A DNA stretch of 64,000 nt, taken from Spirulina sp. (lineage in GTDB: Bacteria > Cyanobacteriota > Cyanobacteriia > Phormidesmidales > Phormidesmidaceae). Below, in pieces: positions 11,215-22,100 of this stretch. The DNA lies in contig JBIPSI010000003.1 in the NCBI GenBank assembly GCA_044070495.1, positions 1 through 64,000 on the forward strand, written 5' to 3'. Numbering within the stretch: position 1 is the stretch's first letter; each line of letters opens with the position of its first letter. The notes beneath the pieces were generated by a model, which saw only the letters and a list, made by a program, of their open reading frames with translations, was not told the DNA's origin and ran no database searches. Both the position numbers and the translations under genes were made by a program.

Positions 11215-12273
11215 ATGCCGTTTCATCTGTATCACTTTTTTGCCTTCGTGATTTCCATGGCCGTTGTGCTAGTGGCAACGCCCATTGTGCGGCGCATTGG
11301 CCTAAAAAGTGGGCGGGTGGATATGCCGGGGGGGCGCAAGGTACATAGTCAACCCATGGTGCGGCTCGGCGGAGTATCCATTTTTCTGGGCACCCTCACG
11401 GCGCTGCTGTTGGTGTGGGCTACGGGAGGCTTTATCGATGGCAGCGGGCAACATCTAGCCCCGCCCCAGGAATTTCAAATTTGGGGAGTCACCATTGGCG
11501 GACTGGCCTTTTTCCTGATTGGGCTGATGGATGATCTCTTCGGTCTGTCTCCCATCAGCCGCTTGATTATGCAGGCTCTCGTTGCCACTATTGCTTGGCA
11601 TGTGGGCGTTAGCATCGACTTTTTAACCATTCCTTTTTACGGCCTCACCCCCCTACCCGACCTGATTAGTTTGCCCGTCACCATCTTTTGGCTCGTGGGC
11701 ATGGCCAACGCCATCAACTGGATCGATGGCCTGGATGGCTTAGCCGCTGGAGTCTCTGGCATTGCCGCTGTGATCATGCTAGTGGTGTGCCTATTTATGG
11801 GACAGCCCGCCGCCGCCCTGATTGCCGCTGCCCTAGCGGGGGGTGCCCTGGGCTTTTTGCGCTACAACTTCAACCCCGCCAAAATTTTCATGGGGGATGG
11901 CGGAGCCTACTTCATGGGCTTTACCCTGGCCGCCGTGGGCATTATTGGCTTGGTCAAAACCGTGACCACCGCCGCCGTGCTGTTGCCCTACCTAATCCTG
12001 GCGGTGCCCATTTTAGATATGTCTGCCGTCATCCTAGATCGGCTGCGTTCTGGCAAATCCCCCTTCATTGCCGATAAGCGCCATCTGCACCACCGTTTGC
12101 TTCAAGCGGGGCTATCCCACCGGGTGACGGTGCTGTTTATCTACGTGCTCACCCTGTGGGCCGGGAGTCTTGCCCTGGCCTTTGCCGGAATCCCCAGCGG
12201 TGTAGCCTATGCCCTAGGGGCGACAGCACTGCTGAGCTACACGGGTTGGCGGCTGCGGCAACAGGCTCGTTAA
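11215..12273 (+). CDS. MraY/WecA-family (glycosyltransferase family 4) UDP-GlcNAc:undecaprenyl-phosphate transferase
   Basis: DD motif, NAINWIDGLDGLA, FMGDGG and HLHH motifs. Confidence 0.9.
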   Translation: MPFHLYHFFAFVISMAVVLVATPIVRRIGLKSGRVDMPGGRKVHSQPMVRLGGVSIFLGTLTALLLVWATGGFIDGSGQHLAPPQEFQIWGVTIGGLAFFLIGLMDDLFGLSPISRLIMQALVATIAWHVGVSIDFLTIPFYGLTPLPDLISLPVTIFWLVGMANAINWIDGLDGLAAGVSGIAAVIMLVVCLFMGQPAAALIAAALAGGALGFLRYNFNPAKIFMGDGGAYFMGFTLAAVGIIGLVKTVTTAAVLLPYLILAVPILDMSAVILDRLRSGKSPFIADKRHLHHRLLQAGLSHRVTVLFIYVLTLWAGSLALAFAGIPSGVAYALGATALLSYTGWRLRQQAR

Positions 12274-12406
12274 GCAGGGTTAATTGTCCCGACTATGTTG
12301 ACGTTACCCAGAAGGGAACGTTCCCGCCATAGGTAATCGATGGATGGCGATTCCTTAGGCCAGCCAAGCATCAGCCAAGAATACAGCAGGTGTTTGTTGT
12401 GATAGT

Positions 12407-12427
12407 GGTGGGCAGCGCCCACCCTAC
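12407..12427 (-). repeat. GTAG-family REP-like palindrome
   Basis: Minus strand gtagggtgggcgctgcccacc between convergent genes. Confidence 0.6.
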
Positions 12428-12437
12428 GGTTGGGGCG

Positions 12438-12593
12438 TTAGCCGAACTGTTTTTTGGCGGCTTCGTAGACATCTTCGGTGATTTGGGTGATGCCTTGATC
12501 TTGGGCAAACTTTTCGATCTTTTTGCGGGCAGCGGGGCGCACGAAAAAGGGGATTTCCTTCAGGCGGGCTTCAGCTTCGGTCGTCCAATCCAT
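12438..12593 (-). CDS. Small PCP_red-domain protein (51 aa; not in the ORF track)
   Basis: Translated by hand: MDWTTEAEARLKEIPFFVRPAARKKIEKFAQDQGITQITEDVYEAAKKQFG, with ggaga RBS. Confidence 0.85.
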   Translation of the reverse strand: MDWTTEAEARLKEIPFFVRPAARKKIEKFAQDQGITQITEDVYEAAKKQFG

Positions 12594-12762
12594 CGTTAAC
12601 GATCTCCTAGGGCAAAGGGTTCACACCAAAACGTTTGAGGCCCCAAAGGCTTGAGAACCATGCTGTCACAGCTCTACCTTTGCGTTCTGCTTCAAACTTC
12701 TTTACGATACCAGGGGCAGACTGCGCCTTAGCGACTGTCGATCACTGTGAGAGGAGATTGTG

Positions 12763-13545
12763 ATGAAAAAATTGGGACTGATGGCCCTCGCCGCCATCCT
12801 CACGCTGGGTATGGTGTTAGGGATTGGCCAAGTCGTTCGGGCTGATATTGTTCAAGAATCGGTGGTCTACACCATCGACGGTCAACCCTACGAGGGCTAC
12901 TTTGCCCTTAACCAAGGCTTTGGCAACAACCAACCCCTGGTGCTGCTGGTACACGATTGGAACGGCCTAGACAGCTACGAAATGCGCCGCGCCCAAATGC
13001 TGGCGGAACAGGGCTATGCCACCTTTGCGGTGGATCTCTACGGTCAAGGGGTGCGGCCTCGCAATACCGAGGAATCCCAGGCAGAAAGCGGCAAACTCTA
13101 CGCTGACCGAGCCACCATGCGGGCGCGGTTGGCGGCAGGATTGGCCGAAGCCCAGCAAATGATGGGTGTGGATGGAGATCGGGTGGTGGCGATTGGCTAC
13201 TGCTTTGGCGGCGCAGCGGTGCTAGAAATGGCCCGCGCCGGGATGGATGTGGACGGTTTTGTCTCCTTCCACGGCAGCTTTGAAACCCCCGAAGGCCAAG
13301 ACTACAGCCAAACCCAGGGCCGCGTTTTGATTCTGCATGGTTCCGATGACCCCGTGGCCCCCATGGCCGATGTGGCCCAACTGGCGGCGGAGATGGATGC
13401 CGCCGATGTGGACTTTGACATGGAAATCTACGGCGGCGTAGACCATGCCTTCACCGTGTGGACAGCGGGGGATCGCTACGATGGGCTGGCCGACCGTAAA
13501 TCCTGGCGGGCGCTGCTAACCTTCCTAGGCGAAACCATCGACTAG
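12763..13545 (+). CDS. Dienelactone hydrolase family protein, secreted
   Basis: Signal peptide, GYCFGG nucleophile elbow, HAF His motif. Confidence 0.9.
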   Translation: MKKLGLMALAAILTLGMVLGIGQVVRADIVQESVVYTIDGQPYEGYFALNQGFGNNQPLVLLVHDWNGLDSYEMRRAQMLAEQGYATFAVDLYGQGVRPRNTEESQAESGKLYADRATMRARLAAGLAEAQQMMGVDGDRVVAIGYCFGGAAVLEMARAGMDVDGFVSFHGSFETPEGQDYSQTQGRVLILHGSDDPVAPMADVAQLAAEMDAADVDFDMEIYGGVDHAFTVWTAGDRYDGLADRKSWRALLTFLGETID

Positions 13546-14178
13546 AGGCTGAAGCTGATCAAATAATTGCTGCACCAAGGCCAAGTTCTTCACCCCAGGG
13601 GAGACCTCCACACCGCTAGAGAGGTCTATACCCTGGGGATTGAGGCTGGCTAGGGCTTGGCGCACATTGTCGGGGCGCAGCCCTCCAGCCAAAAGCCAGG
13701 GACATGGGGGATCAAAGGTTTGCAGCGCTTGCCAATCGAGGGTAAGGCCCGTACCGCCCAGTTGATCGGGGTGGTAGGCATCGAGTAATAGGGCATCGAC
13801 GGTGGCAGCGTAGGTCAGGGCTTGGTCAAGATCCGCCGCCGTCCGGATACGGATAGCTTTGATTAGACGACGCTGGGGCAAGGCTTGGCGCAGGGTGCGG
13901 CATTGTTCTAGGGTTTCGGCCCCATGGAGTTGGACGGTATTTAGGCCCGTGTTCTGCACAACGGCGAGGATCGTTTCTGTCGTGGCGTTGGCAAAGACGC
14001 CGACGGTGCCCCCCTGCCAGCCTTCAGCGGCTAGAGCCTCTAGAATTGCGGCAATCTGAGGCGGATCAATGTAGCGAGGGGATTGGGCCACGCAGATAAA
14101 GCCCAGATCGGTGGCCCCCATTTGGGTAATGGCCAGGGCTTGATTCGCCTGGGTGATGCCGCAAATTTTCACCTGCAT
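13525..14178 (-). CDS. trpF: Phosphoribosylanthranilate isomerase
   Basis: VKICGIT, VQLHG, LAGGL and DLSSGVE motifs. Confidence 0.95.
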   Translation of the reverse strand: MQVKICGITQANQALAITQMGATDLGFICVAQSPRYIDPPQIAAILEALAAEGWQGGTVGVFANATTETILAVVQNTGLNTVQLHGAETLEQCRTLRQALPQRRLIKAIRIRTAADLDQALTYAATVDALLLDAYHPDQLGGTGLTLDWQALQTFDPPCPWLLAGGLRPDNVRQALASLNPQGIDLSSGVEVSPGVKNLALVQQLFDQLQPLVDGFA

Positions 14179-14281
14179 TTTAGACCCGCATGTTAACTCT
14201 ATTGAACATTCCGCCAGTTCGATTCTACGGCTTCCTATAATCCAGAATGATTCAAAACTGCTTTAGTTGGGAGACATAACA

Positions 14282-14554
14282 TTGCTGAATACCGCACTGC
14301 TGATGGCCTTCACCACCCCCACCACCCCCGAATGGTCTTTTAAGGTGGCGCTGATTATGATTACCTGCAATCTGTTTGTGCTGGCCATTGGCAAATATGC
14401 CATCCAGCGGCCTGGGGTAGGGCCAGCCCTGCCCGCTAACTTGCCCATGGTGTTCGAGGGCTTTGGTCTTCCCGAACTGCTGGCCATTGGTAGCTTTGGC
14501 CACATTCTGGGGGCTGGTATGATTTTGGGACTAGGGAACGCTGGGTTGCTATAG
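14282..14554 (+). CDS. psaK: Photosystem I subunit PsaK
   Basis: Two TM helices, ELLAIGSFGHILGAGMILGL; TTG start inferred. Confidence 0.9.
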   Translation: MLNTALLMAFTTPTTPEWSFKVALIMITCNLFVLAIGKYAIQRPGVGPALPANLPMVFEGFGLPELLAIGSFGHILGAGMILGLGNAGLL

Positions 14555-14652
14555 TCCTACCTTGGTCAGTTGTCTAGAATAGGGGCATCTCCCCCGGCCT
14601 TGGCCCATCATTCAGGGGTAGGGCGGGGGGATGTTCTTCAGAGGGTTTGGTA

Positions 14653-15855
14653 ATGCAATCTGGCTGGCGTGTGGGGTCTATCCTGGGTATTCCCCTGTTT
14701 ATTGACCGATCCTGGTTCATCATCCTGGTACTGATCACCCTAGCCAATGGCCTCAATCCGGATTGGCAAATGCAGTGGGGAGAACTGGCCTGGGTGATGG
14801 GCTTTGCCATGGCGCTGCTGCTGTTTGGGTCGGTGCTGCTCCATGAGCTGGGCCATAGCATTGCGGCGAAGCTCCAGGGCATTGGGGTCAACTCTATCAC
14901 CCTGTTTCTCTTTGGTGGCATTGCCTCCATTGATCGAGAGTCCAAAACCCCAGGGGGAGCACTCAAGGTGGCGGTGGCTGGGCCATTGGTTAGCTTTGGC
15001 CTGTTTTTAGTGATTTCAGCCCTGGTACAAAACCTGAGCCTGCCCCAGCCCGTTAGCTTGGTCTTACAGAATGTCGCCTACATTAACCTCGTACTCACCC
15101 TGTTTAACCTCATCCCTGGGTTGCCCCTAGACGGGGGCCAAGTGCTAAAAGCCCTAGTGTGGAAGGTCACCGATAGCCGCATTCAGGGCATTCGCTGGGC
15201 GGCGCGGTCGGGCCAAATCCTCGGTTGGCTGGCCATTGCCCTAGGGTTGGGGATGATTCTGCTTAACCAAGACTACTCTGGCCTGTGGATTGCCGCCATT
15301 GGCTGGTTTGCCCTCCGCAACGCCGCCGCCTACCAGCAGGTGACCAACCTCCAAGAGGCCATGTTGGCCCTTACCGCCGCTGATGCCATGGGGCGCGACT
15401 TTCGGGTGGTAGATGCCCACACCAGTCTGCGGGCCTTTGCCGAAGCCTACCTCCTAGAGGAGCACCATCCTCCCGCCTACTTTGCCGCCTCGGAAGGGCG
15501 CTACCGAGGGTTAGTCAGTATCGATGCCATCCGCACCATCGAACGGGGGCAGTGGGATCAACGCACCCTCCAGGACATTGCCCAACCCCTGCTCACCATT
15601 CCCTCCGTGCGAGAAACCACCCCCCTGACGGAGGTGATCGCTAAACTGGAGGATCTGGCCCTGCCCCGCCTCACGGTGCTCACCCCCGCCGATGCCGTAG
15701 CGGGGGTTCTCGACCGGGGCGATATTGTCCGCGCCATTGCCGACCGCCTGGGGCTGGGGGTGGCTCCGGCCATGATTCAACGCATTAAAGAAGAGGGTGC
15801 ATATCCCCCCGGCCTACAACTCGCGGCCATTGCCCGCACAGTGAACGAGGATTAG
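14653..15855 (+). CDS. Site-2 (M50) metalloprotease with CBS domains
   Basis: HELGH and NLIPGLPLDGG motifs, C-terminal CBS pair. Confidence 0.92.
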   Translation: MQSGWRVGSILGIPLFIDRSWFIILVLITLANGLNPDWQMQWGELAWVMGFAMALLLFGSVLLHELGHSIAAKLQGIGVNSITLFLFGGIASIDRESKTPGGALKVAVAGPLVSFGLFLVISALVQNLSLPQPVSLVLQNVAYINLVLTLFNLIPGLPLDGGQVLKALVWKVTDSRIQGIRWAARSGQILGWLAIALGLGMILLNQDYSGLWIAAIGWFALRNAAAYQQVTNLQEAMLALTAADAMGRDFRVVDAHTSLRAFAEAYLLEEHHPPAYFAASEGRYRGLVSIDAIRTIERGQWDQRTLQDIAQPLLTIPSVRETTPLTEVIAKLEDLALPRLTVLTPADAVAGVLDRGDIVRAIADRLGLGVAPAMIQRIKEEGAYPPGLQLAAIARTVNED

Positions 15856-15897
15856 AGCGTAGGGGGATACGGGTAAGGAGCCTTTGTCCCTACGGTT

Positions 15898-16551
15898 CTA
15901 GGTGGCCAGTCCGTTGTTGGATTTCACCCAGAGGGCCAACCCACCCCCGCGCCCACGGGCCGCTAGGTACGATTCGGTGGCGGCGAAGAAGGCAAAGAAG
16001 GGAAGTTTTGCGATGGGCGTGGTGGCGAAATTCTCGGTTCCGGCCCGCCCTTTAATGGGCAGCTTCAGCAGGCAGAGCCGCCCTAAAAATACCTGAACCT
16101 GCACAAAATCAAAGGCCAACAGGTTTTGTTTCTGTAGAAACTTGGCTGGGCCGCTAAACCTCAGCGCTAGGGGGCCAAGCTGAATCTGATTTTCGATGGC
16201 CAACCGATCCGGCGAGGATGGATTGGGATCCGTCTGGCTATCGGGGGCAGGGCGGCTAAAGCGGATGCTGCCAGGAACTAGCCCAGGCCAGTAGAAGCCT
16301 TTCCCGGTGGGTTCTCCGGCTTTATAGGCGGGCTTGTTGGGGGCCGTAAACCGCAGTTGCCACTGACCCAGCAGAGAGTCTACCGCGAGGGCAGGGCGGG
16401 GATGTTTTGCGGCTCGTTCCGTATCCAGAAGCGCCTGCACCACCTGGGGTGATGGGGGCCTTGGAGATTGCCTATCCGCCACCTGGGCCAGAATATCGGG
16501 CGCGGCGGATAGGGGGGTTGCCATGGTTTGTGGGCTCATCGATCCCTCCAA
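15898..16551 (-). CDS. Cyanobacterial PAP/fibrillin-like protein
   Basis: LLGQWQLRF and ARGRGGGLALW motifs; start uncertain. Confidence 0.55.
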   Translation of the reverse strand: MEGSMSPQTMATPLSAAPDILAQVADRQSPRPPSPQVVQALLDTERAAKHPRPALAVDSLLGQWQLRFTAPNKPAYKAGEPTGKGFYWPGLVPGSIRFSRPAPDSQTDPNPSSPDRLAIENQIQLGPLALRFSGPAKFLQKQNLLAFDFVQVQVFLGRLCLLKLPIKGRAGTENFATTPIAKLPFFAFFAATESYLAARGRGGGLALWVKSNNGLAT

Positions 16552-16656
16552 AACAGTCTTGATAGCGGTGGTGGTTGGACAGAAAAACCGCTGATCTTGG
16601 GCGGTATAGCTCCATTATGGCAGTCCCAGTCCGGCACCCCCTAGGGGTCTGGCATA

Positions 16657-17574
16657 ATGGGGGTCGCCCTTCTCTGCAAACCCATGGCCGTTACTCCCCC
16701 TTCTCGTTTGACCCTGCCCTTGGCGCGACCCAAGGCTACGGTTTCCACCACGCTAATGGCGGCGGGTCTGGTGATCACCCTCGCCTTTGTGGCCATGGCC
16801 CTGCTGTCTCCACCCATGCAGGCTTGGGGCTGGCTGCAAGATCCCACCACGGCGCTGCAAAACCCCATCCACCAACCCCCAGGGGCTGACCACTGGTTTG
16901 GCACCACCCGCCAGGGTTACGACATCTTTGCCCGCACCCTGTTTGGTAGTCGAGCGGCGTGGCAGGTAGTGCTGCTGGCCACTGCCCTCAGTGTGGTCAT
17001 CGGGGTGCCCCTGGGTATGGTGAGCGGCTATCTGGGGGGCCGTCTAGATCGGGCGCTGTTGTTTTTTATGGATACGATCTATACCCTGCCGGGGCTACTG
17101 CTGTCGGTGACCCTGGCCTTTGTGGTGGGGCGCGGCGTGGTGAATGCGGCCATCGCCCTCAGCATTGCCTACATTCCCCAGTATTACCGAGTCGTGCGTA
17201 ACCACACCGTTAGCGTCAAGACGGAACTCTTCATCGAAGCCGCCCAGGCCATGGGGGCCGATCCTTGGACGGTACTGAGCCGCTATCTTTTCCTCAATGT
17301 GATCCAAAGTGTGCCCGTACTGTTCACCCTCAATGCTGCCGATGCCATCCTGGTGCTGGGGGGGCTAGGGTTTTTGGGTCTGGGTCTGCCGGAGCAGGTG
17401 CCGGAGTGGGGGGCCGACATTCGCCAAGCCCTGGATGCCCTGCCCACGGGCATTTGGTGGCCTGCCCTGTTCCCTGGCCTTGCCCTCACGCTAATGGTGA
17501 CCGGGCTTTCCCTGGTGGGCGAAGGGCTGAATGAATGGATGAACCCCCGGCAACGCCAATCCTCAGGACGTTGA
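16657..17574 (+). CDS. DppC/OppC-type ABC permease
   Basis: HWFGTT..GYDIF, EAAQAMGA and PEWG motifs. Confidence 0.9.
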   Translation: MGVALLCKPMAVTPPSRLTLPLARPKATVSTTLMAAGLVITLAFVAMALLSPPMQAWGWLQDPTTALQNPIHQPPGADHWFGTTRQGYDIFARTLFGSRAAWQVVLLATALSVVIGVPLGMVSGYLGGRLDRALLFFMDTIYTLPGLLLSVTLAFVVGRGVVNAAIALSIAYIPQYYRVVRNHTVSVKTELFIEAAQAMGADPWTVLSRYLFLNVIQSVPVLFTLNAADAILVLGGLGFLGLGLPEQVPEWGADIRQALDALPTGIWWPALFPGLALTLMVTGLSLVGEGLNEWMNPRQRQSSGR

Positions 17575-17625
17575 ACCCAGGGCGCTAACCACGGCTGAGC
17601 CAACGGGTCGGATCGGGATCGCCCG

Positions 17626-19053
17626 TCAGTCGCTGTGGACGGTGTGGATTTTAAGAAAGTTGGTGCCCTGGGAAATTTTGGCGGGGATACCCCCCATAAT
17701 CAGCAGTTTATCCCCCGGCTTGGCCAAATTACGATTTTTTAGGGTGGTTTCTGCGGTTTCGGCCATGGCTTCAAAGGTGGGCGGCGGCGACTCGATCAGC
17801 AGGGGATGGACGCCCCAAATTAGGTTCATGTGGTGGTAGACCTTGTCGTTGGGGGTAAAGGCCACCACCGGAGCCTTGGGTCGTTCGCTGGAGGCAATTT
17901 TGGCGGTATATCCGGTTTCGGTGAAGCAGACGATGGCCCGCAGGTTGAGGGTGTTGTCGATGACGTTGAGAGCTTCGCCCAGGGCGTGGGTTTCATCGCT
18001 TTGGGAGGCGGGGGTGTTGATGAACTCCAGTTCCTGCTCAATGTCGCGGGCGATGCGGGCTAGCATTTGCACCGCCTGCACCGGGAAGGAACCCACAGCG
18101 GACTCCCCGGACAGCATCACCGCATCGGTGCCGTCGATGATGGCGTTGGCCACGTCGCTGGCCTCGGCGCGGGTGGGGCGCGGGTTGTGGATCATGCTCT
18201 CCAGCATTTGGGTGGCGGTGATCACCGGGATGTTGCGGTACTTGCATTCCCGAATAATCCGCTTTTGCAGCAGGGGCACTCGCTCGGCCCGCATTTCCAC
18301 CCCTAGGTCGCCCCGCGCCACCATGATGGCATCCACCACCGAGAGAATTTCGTCGAGGTTGCGGATGGCCTGGGGTTTTTCAATTTTGGCCAGCACCGGA
18401 ATATCTTCGCCCCCCTTGGCCGCCAGCAGTGCCTTCAAGGCGACAATATCCGCCGCCTGTCGCACAAAGCTGAGGGAGATGATATCCACCCCTTGGGCCA
18501 CCCCAAACTCCACGTCCTGCTTATCTTTTTCGGTGAGGGAGGGCAGTTGCAGGTTGAGGTCGGGCAGGTTCACCCCCTTGCGGCTTTTCAGCGGCCCCCC
18601 CTGGATGATGCGGCAGGTGATTTTGGGCGGCACCACGTCCTCCACCTCCAGTTCCAGCAAGCCGTCATCCAGCAACACCTGCATTCCCGGTTTGGCTTCC
18701 TCGGCCAGGTAGGGGTAGTCAATGCCAACGCTGCCGGGGAAATTCTCCGCCTCCGCCAGGGGCACCAAATCGACGGTCAACCCCTCCTGGAGGTGAATGG
18801 CCCCATCGGGCAACTGGCCCACCCGAATTTTAGGGCCTTGGAGGTCTTGCAGCAGGGTGATGGGGGTGTCGTGCTCCGTCGAAACCTCCCGCAGCAGGTC
18901 AATCATGCGGGCGTGGTCTTCGTAGCTGCCGTGGGAAAAGTTGAGGCGGGCCACGTTCATCCCGGCCTCAATCATGCGCTTAAGGGTGGCCTTAGAACTG
19001 CTGGCGGGGCCAATGGTGGCGACAATTTTAGTGCGGCGGCTGAACGGATCCAT
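17626..19053 (-). CDS. pyk: Pyruvate kinase
   Basis: [26 protein letters not shown] and VMLSGESA motifs; start at MDPFSRR. Confidence 0.97.
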   Translation of the reverse strand: MDPFSRRTKIVATIGPASSSKATLKRMIEAGMNVARLNFSHGSYEDHARMIDLLREVSTEHDTPITLLQDLQGPKIRVGQLPDGAIHLQEGLTVDLVPLAEAENFPGSVGIDYPYLAEEAKPGMQVLLDDGLLELEVEDVVPPKITCRIIQGGPLKSRKGVNLPDLNLQLPSLTEKDKQDVEFGVAQGVDIISLSFVRQAADIVALKALLAAKGGEDIPVLAKIEKPQAIRNLDEILSVVDAIMVARGDLGVEMRAERVPLLQKRIIRECKYRNIPVITATQMLESMIHNPRPTRAEASDVANAIIDGTDAVMLSGESAVGSFPVQAVQMLARIARDIEQELEFINTPASQSDETHALGEALNVIDNTLNLRAIVCFTETGYTAKIASSERPKAPVVAFTPNDKVYHHMNLIWGVHPLLIESPPPTFEAMAETAETTLKNRNLAKPGDKLLIMGGIPAKISQGTNFLKIHTVHSD

Positions 19054-19109
19054 GACCAAGGATGAGATGCGACAAAGTGCCCTCAGTATACGCACAGTTG
19101 CCAAAACGG

Positions 19110-22100
19110 TCATGTAGTCTTAGCGTCATTCCCGCAAGGAGGATCCATCGACCACTGCTGCAAGAAGGCTTCCACCGCATCTCCGGCTAGGGGCTGGGCG
19201 ATGTAGTAGCCTTGGCCGTAGGGACAGCCGAGGGCCTGGAGTTGTTGCCACTGGGCCGCCGTTTCAATGCCCTCGGCAATGGCGGTCATGCCTAGACTCT
19301 GGGCGAGGGCCAGAATAGACTGCACCATGGCCACCCCCCGCTGATCGTCCCCTAGGCGGTTGGTGAAGGATCGGTCGATCTTAAGCACCTGCACCGGAAA
19401 CCGATGCACCATGCTGAGGGAGGAATACCCGGTACCAAAGTCGTCAATGCAGATCTGCAAGCCCCGTTCCTGGAGATCGGCCAGTAGGGATTCGGCGGTT
19501 TCAGGATTCTCAATCAGGGCGCTTTCGGTAATTTCCAGGCGCAAATCGGAGTAGTCGAGGTTGGCGGCGGTTAGGGAGTCGTCAATGCTGGCGATCAGGT
19601 TGGGGTTGGCAAACTGCTTCACCGATAGGTTTACGCTCACCATTAAGTTTGCAGCCTGGGGAAGGCGCTGCCGCCACCGCTGCAACTGCCGACAGGCGTT
19701 TTTTTGTGTCCATTCTCCAATGGCGAGAATTAGCCCGGTTTCTTCGGCCAGGGGAATGAACGTGCTGGGAGAAATCACCCCCCAGCGGGGATGGTGCCAG
19801 CGGACAAGGGCCTCAAACCCCACTACCTGGGCATTGTGCAGGGCTACAACAGGCTGGTATTCCAGCACTAACTCATCCCGTTCCAAGGCCCGTTGCAGAT
19901 CGTTCTCTAGGGTAAGCTGGGTGGCTACTTCTTCGTACATCTGCGGGTCAAACAGAGCTGATTGCCCTCGGCCATTGTGCTTAGCTTGGTACATGGCCGT
20001 GTCGGCATCGCGGAGGAAATCCACCGCCTCCACGGAACCCGTGAGGTTGGAGGACACCCCCACACTGGCGCTGATGAAGATTTCCCGTCCCTCCAGCAGC
20101 ATCGGCTCTTGCAACACCTCATGGATGCGCTCAGCCACCCGCACGGGTTCCTCGATGGTGGCGATGTTGTTGATCAAAATGGCAAACTCGTCCCCCCCCA
20201 AGCGGGCCACCAGATCGCCCTCCCGCACCACCGAACCCAGGCGATGGGCGCATTCAATCAGCAGTTGATCCCCCACCAAATGGCCCAGGCTGTCGTTGAT
20301 CACCTTAAAGCGGTCTAGGTCAATAAACAGCACCGCAAAGGCTTGGTTAGGCGAAACCTGTCCCCGCTGGGCGGCGGCATTGAGCTGCTCCATAAAGCAG
20401 GCCCGGTTGGGAATGCCCGTCAGAGGGTCGTGGAGGGCCTCGTAGGCTAGGCGATCTTCAATTTGCTTGCGCTCGGTGATATCGGTGAGGGTGCCCACGA
20501 GGCCAATGATCTCGCCTTCGCCGTTGCGCTGGGGGCGGCCCAGCAGTTGCACCACCCGCCGAATCCCGTCGGGGCGGAGAATGGTGCCCTCCAGGCTGAG
20601 CGGCTGACCATCGAGGCTGGCCATGGTTAGGTGGTACTGCCAGTGGTGGTGATCGCCGTCCTCCAGGGCCGCCAGCAGATCCGCCAGGGTGAGGGGATGC
20701 CCATGGGGTTCTAGGCCATAGATGCGGAACATCTCCTCCGACCACAGCAGGGTACGGCTGGGCAGACGTAGTTCCCAGTTCCCGGTGTGGGCAATGCGCT
20801 GGGCCTCCTTCAGGCGGGCTTCGGCCCGTTGGCGTTCCTCCAGTTCGTGGCGGGCCTGTTCTAGGGTTTGGGCCTGCTGAATGGCAATGGCCAACTGATC
20901 GGCCACGGTGGTCACCAGTTCAATTTCCGAGGGTTGCCACACAATCCCCTCCACCTGGGGAGGCCGATGAATACCGAGGCATCCCCAGGGCTGGGCATCG
21001 CTAATGGCTAGGGGCACCAGCAGCCAGCCCCCCGGCAAGGCTTGCACCAAGGGCGGGTTGGCATCGGTGGCGGTGAGCATGACCACCTCAAGCTGCTGGA
21101 GGCGGTGGGTTACGGGGGTTTCGCCCACGGAGCTAACCTGGTGCAGCAGACTCACCTGATCCGGCTGGCCCCGGTATTCCGCCACCACCTGCCACTCTAG
21201 GGAACTCGCCTGGTAGCGCTGGATGTTGACGTGATCCACCTGCAACAGATGGGCCACCTCGCGGGCGGCGGTGGCAAAGATGGTATCGAGGTCGAGGGAT
21301 TGTCGAATCGCCTGAATAACCCGGTTGAGGGCCTGTTCTCGGCGAATTTGGTGCTCAATTTTTTGGTAGGCGCATCGTCGCTCGGTAATGTCTTGGAAAT
21401 AGACCGCTAGGCCATCCTCCTGGGTGGGGTAGACATGGACTTCGTACCAGCTTTTAGAGGCTGCGAAATATTCCTCAAAGGCAACGCTTTGGCGTTGGCG
21501 GATGGCCTGGAAAAATTGGGCGGAAAACTGGGTGCCCAGCAGTTCCGGGAACTCGTACCAGAGGTTTTGCCCCAGCAATCCTTGGGCGGTGCGCTGCAAA
21601 AACTGCTCGGCCCGCTGGTTGAGGTAGGTGAACTGGCTGTGGCGATTTAGGGCAAAAAAGGCGTCGGTAATGCTTTCGAGGATGTCGGTGACATGCTGGT
21701 GGGAGGCTTGGATCGTGGCCTCGGCCTGCTTGAGGTCGGTGATGTCGGTGTGGGTGCCCGCTAGGCGCAGGGAAGCATCGTCGCCCGCACTAATGCATTG
21801 CCCCCGCGACAGGATCCAGGACAGGTTGCCGCTGTGGTTAACCATGCGGTAGGTGTGCTCAAACTGGCCCACCTGGGTTTGCTGCTGGGCCAAGGTTTGT
21901 CGTAGGGCCACCACATCCTCTGGGTGAACATGGGAGAGCCAGCTTTCCATCGTGCAGAGATTGGCCGTACAGCCTAGCAACCTGGCAAGGTTCGGGCTGA
22001 CGTAGAGGGCATCGGTGGCGGGGTGCCAATCCCAGACCCCCACCTTACTGTCTTGAATGGCCAGGGCAAAGCGCTCTTCACTGCGGCGCAGGGCCAGTTC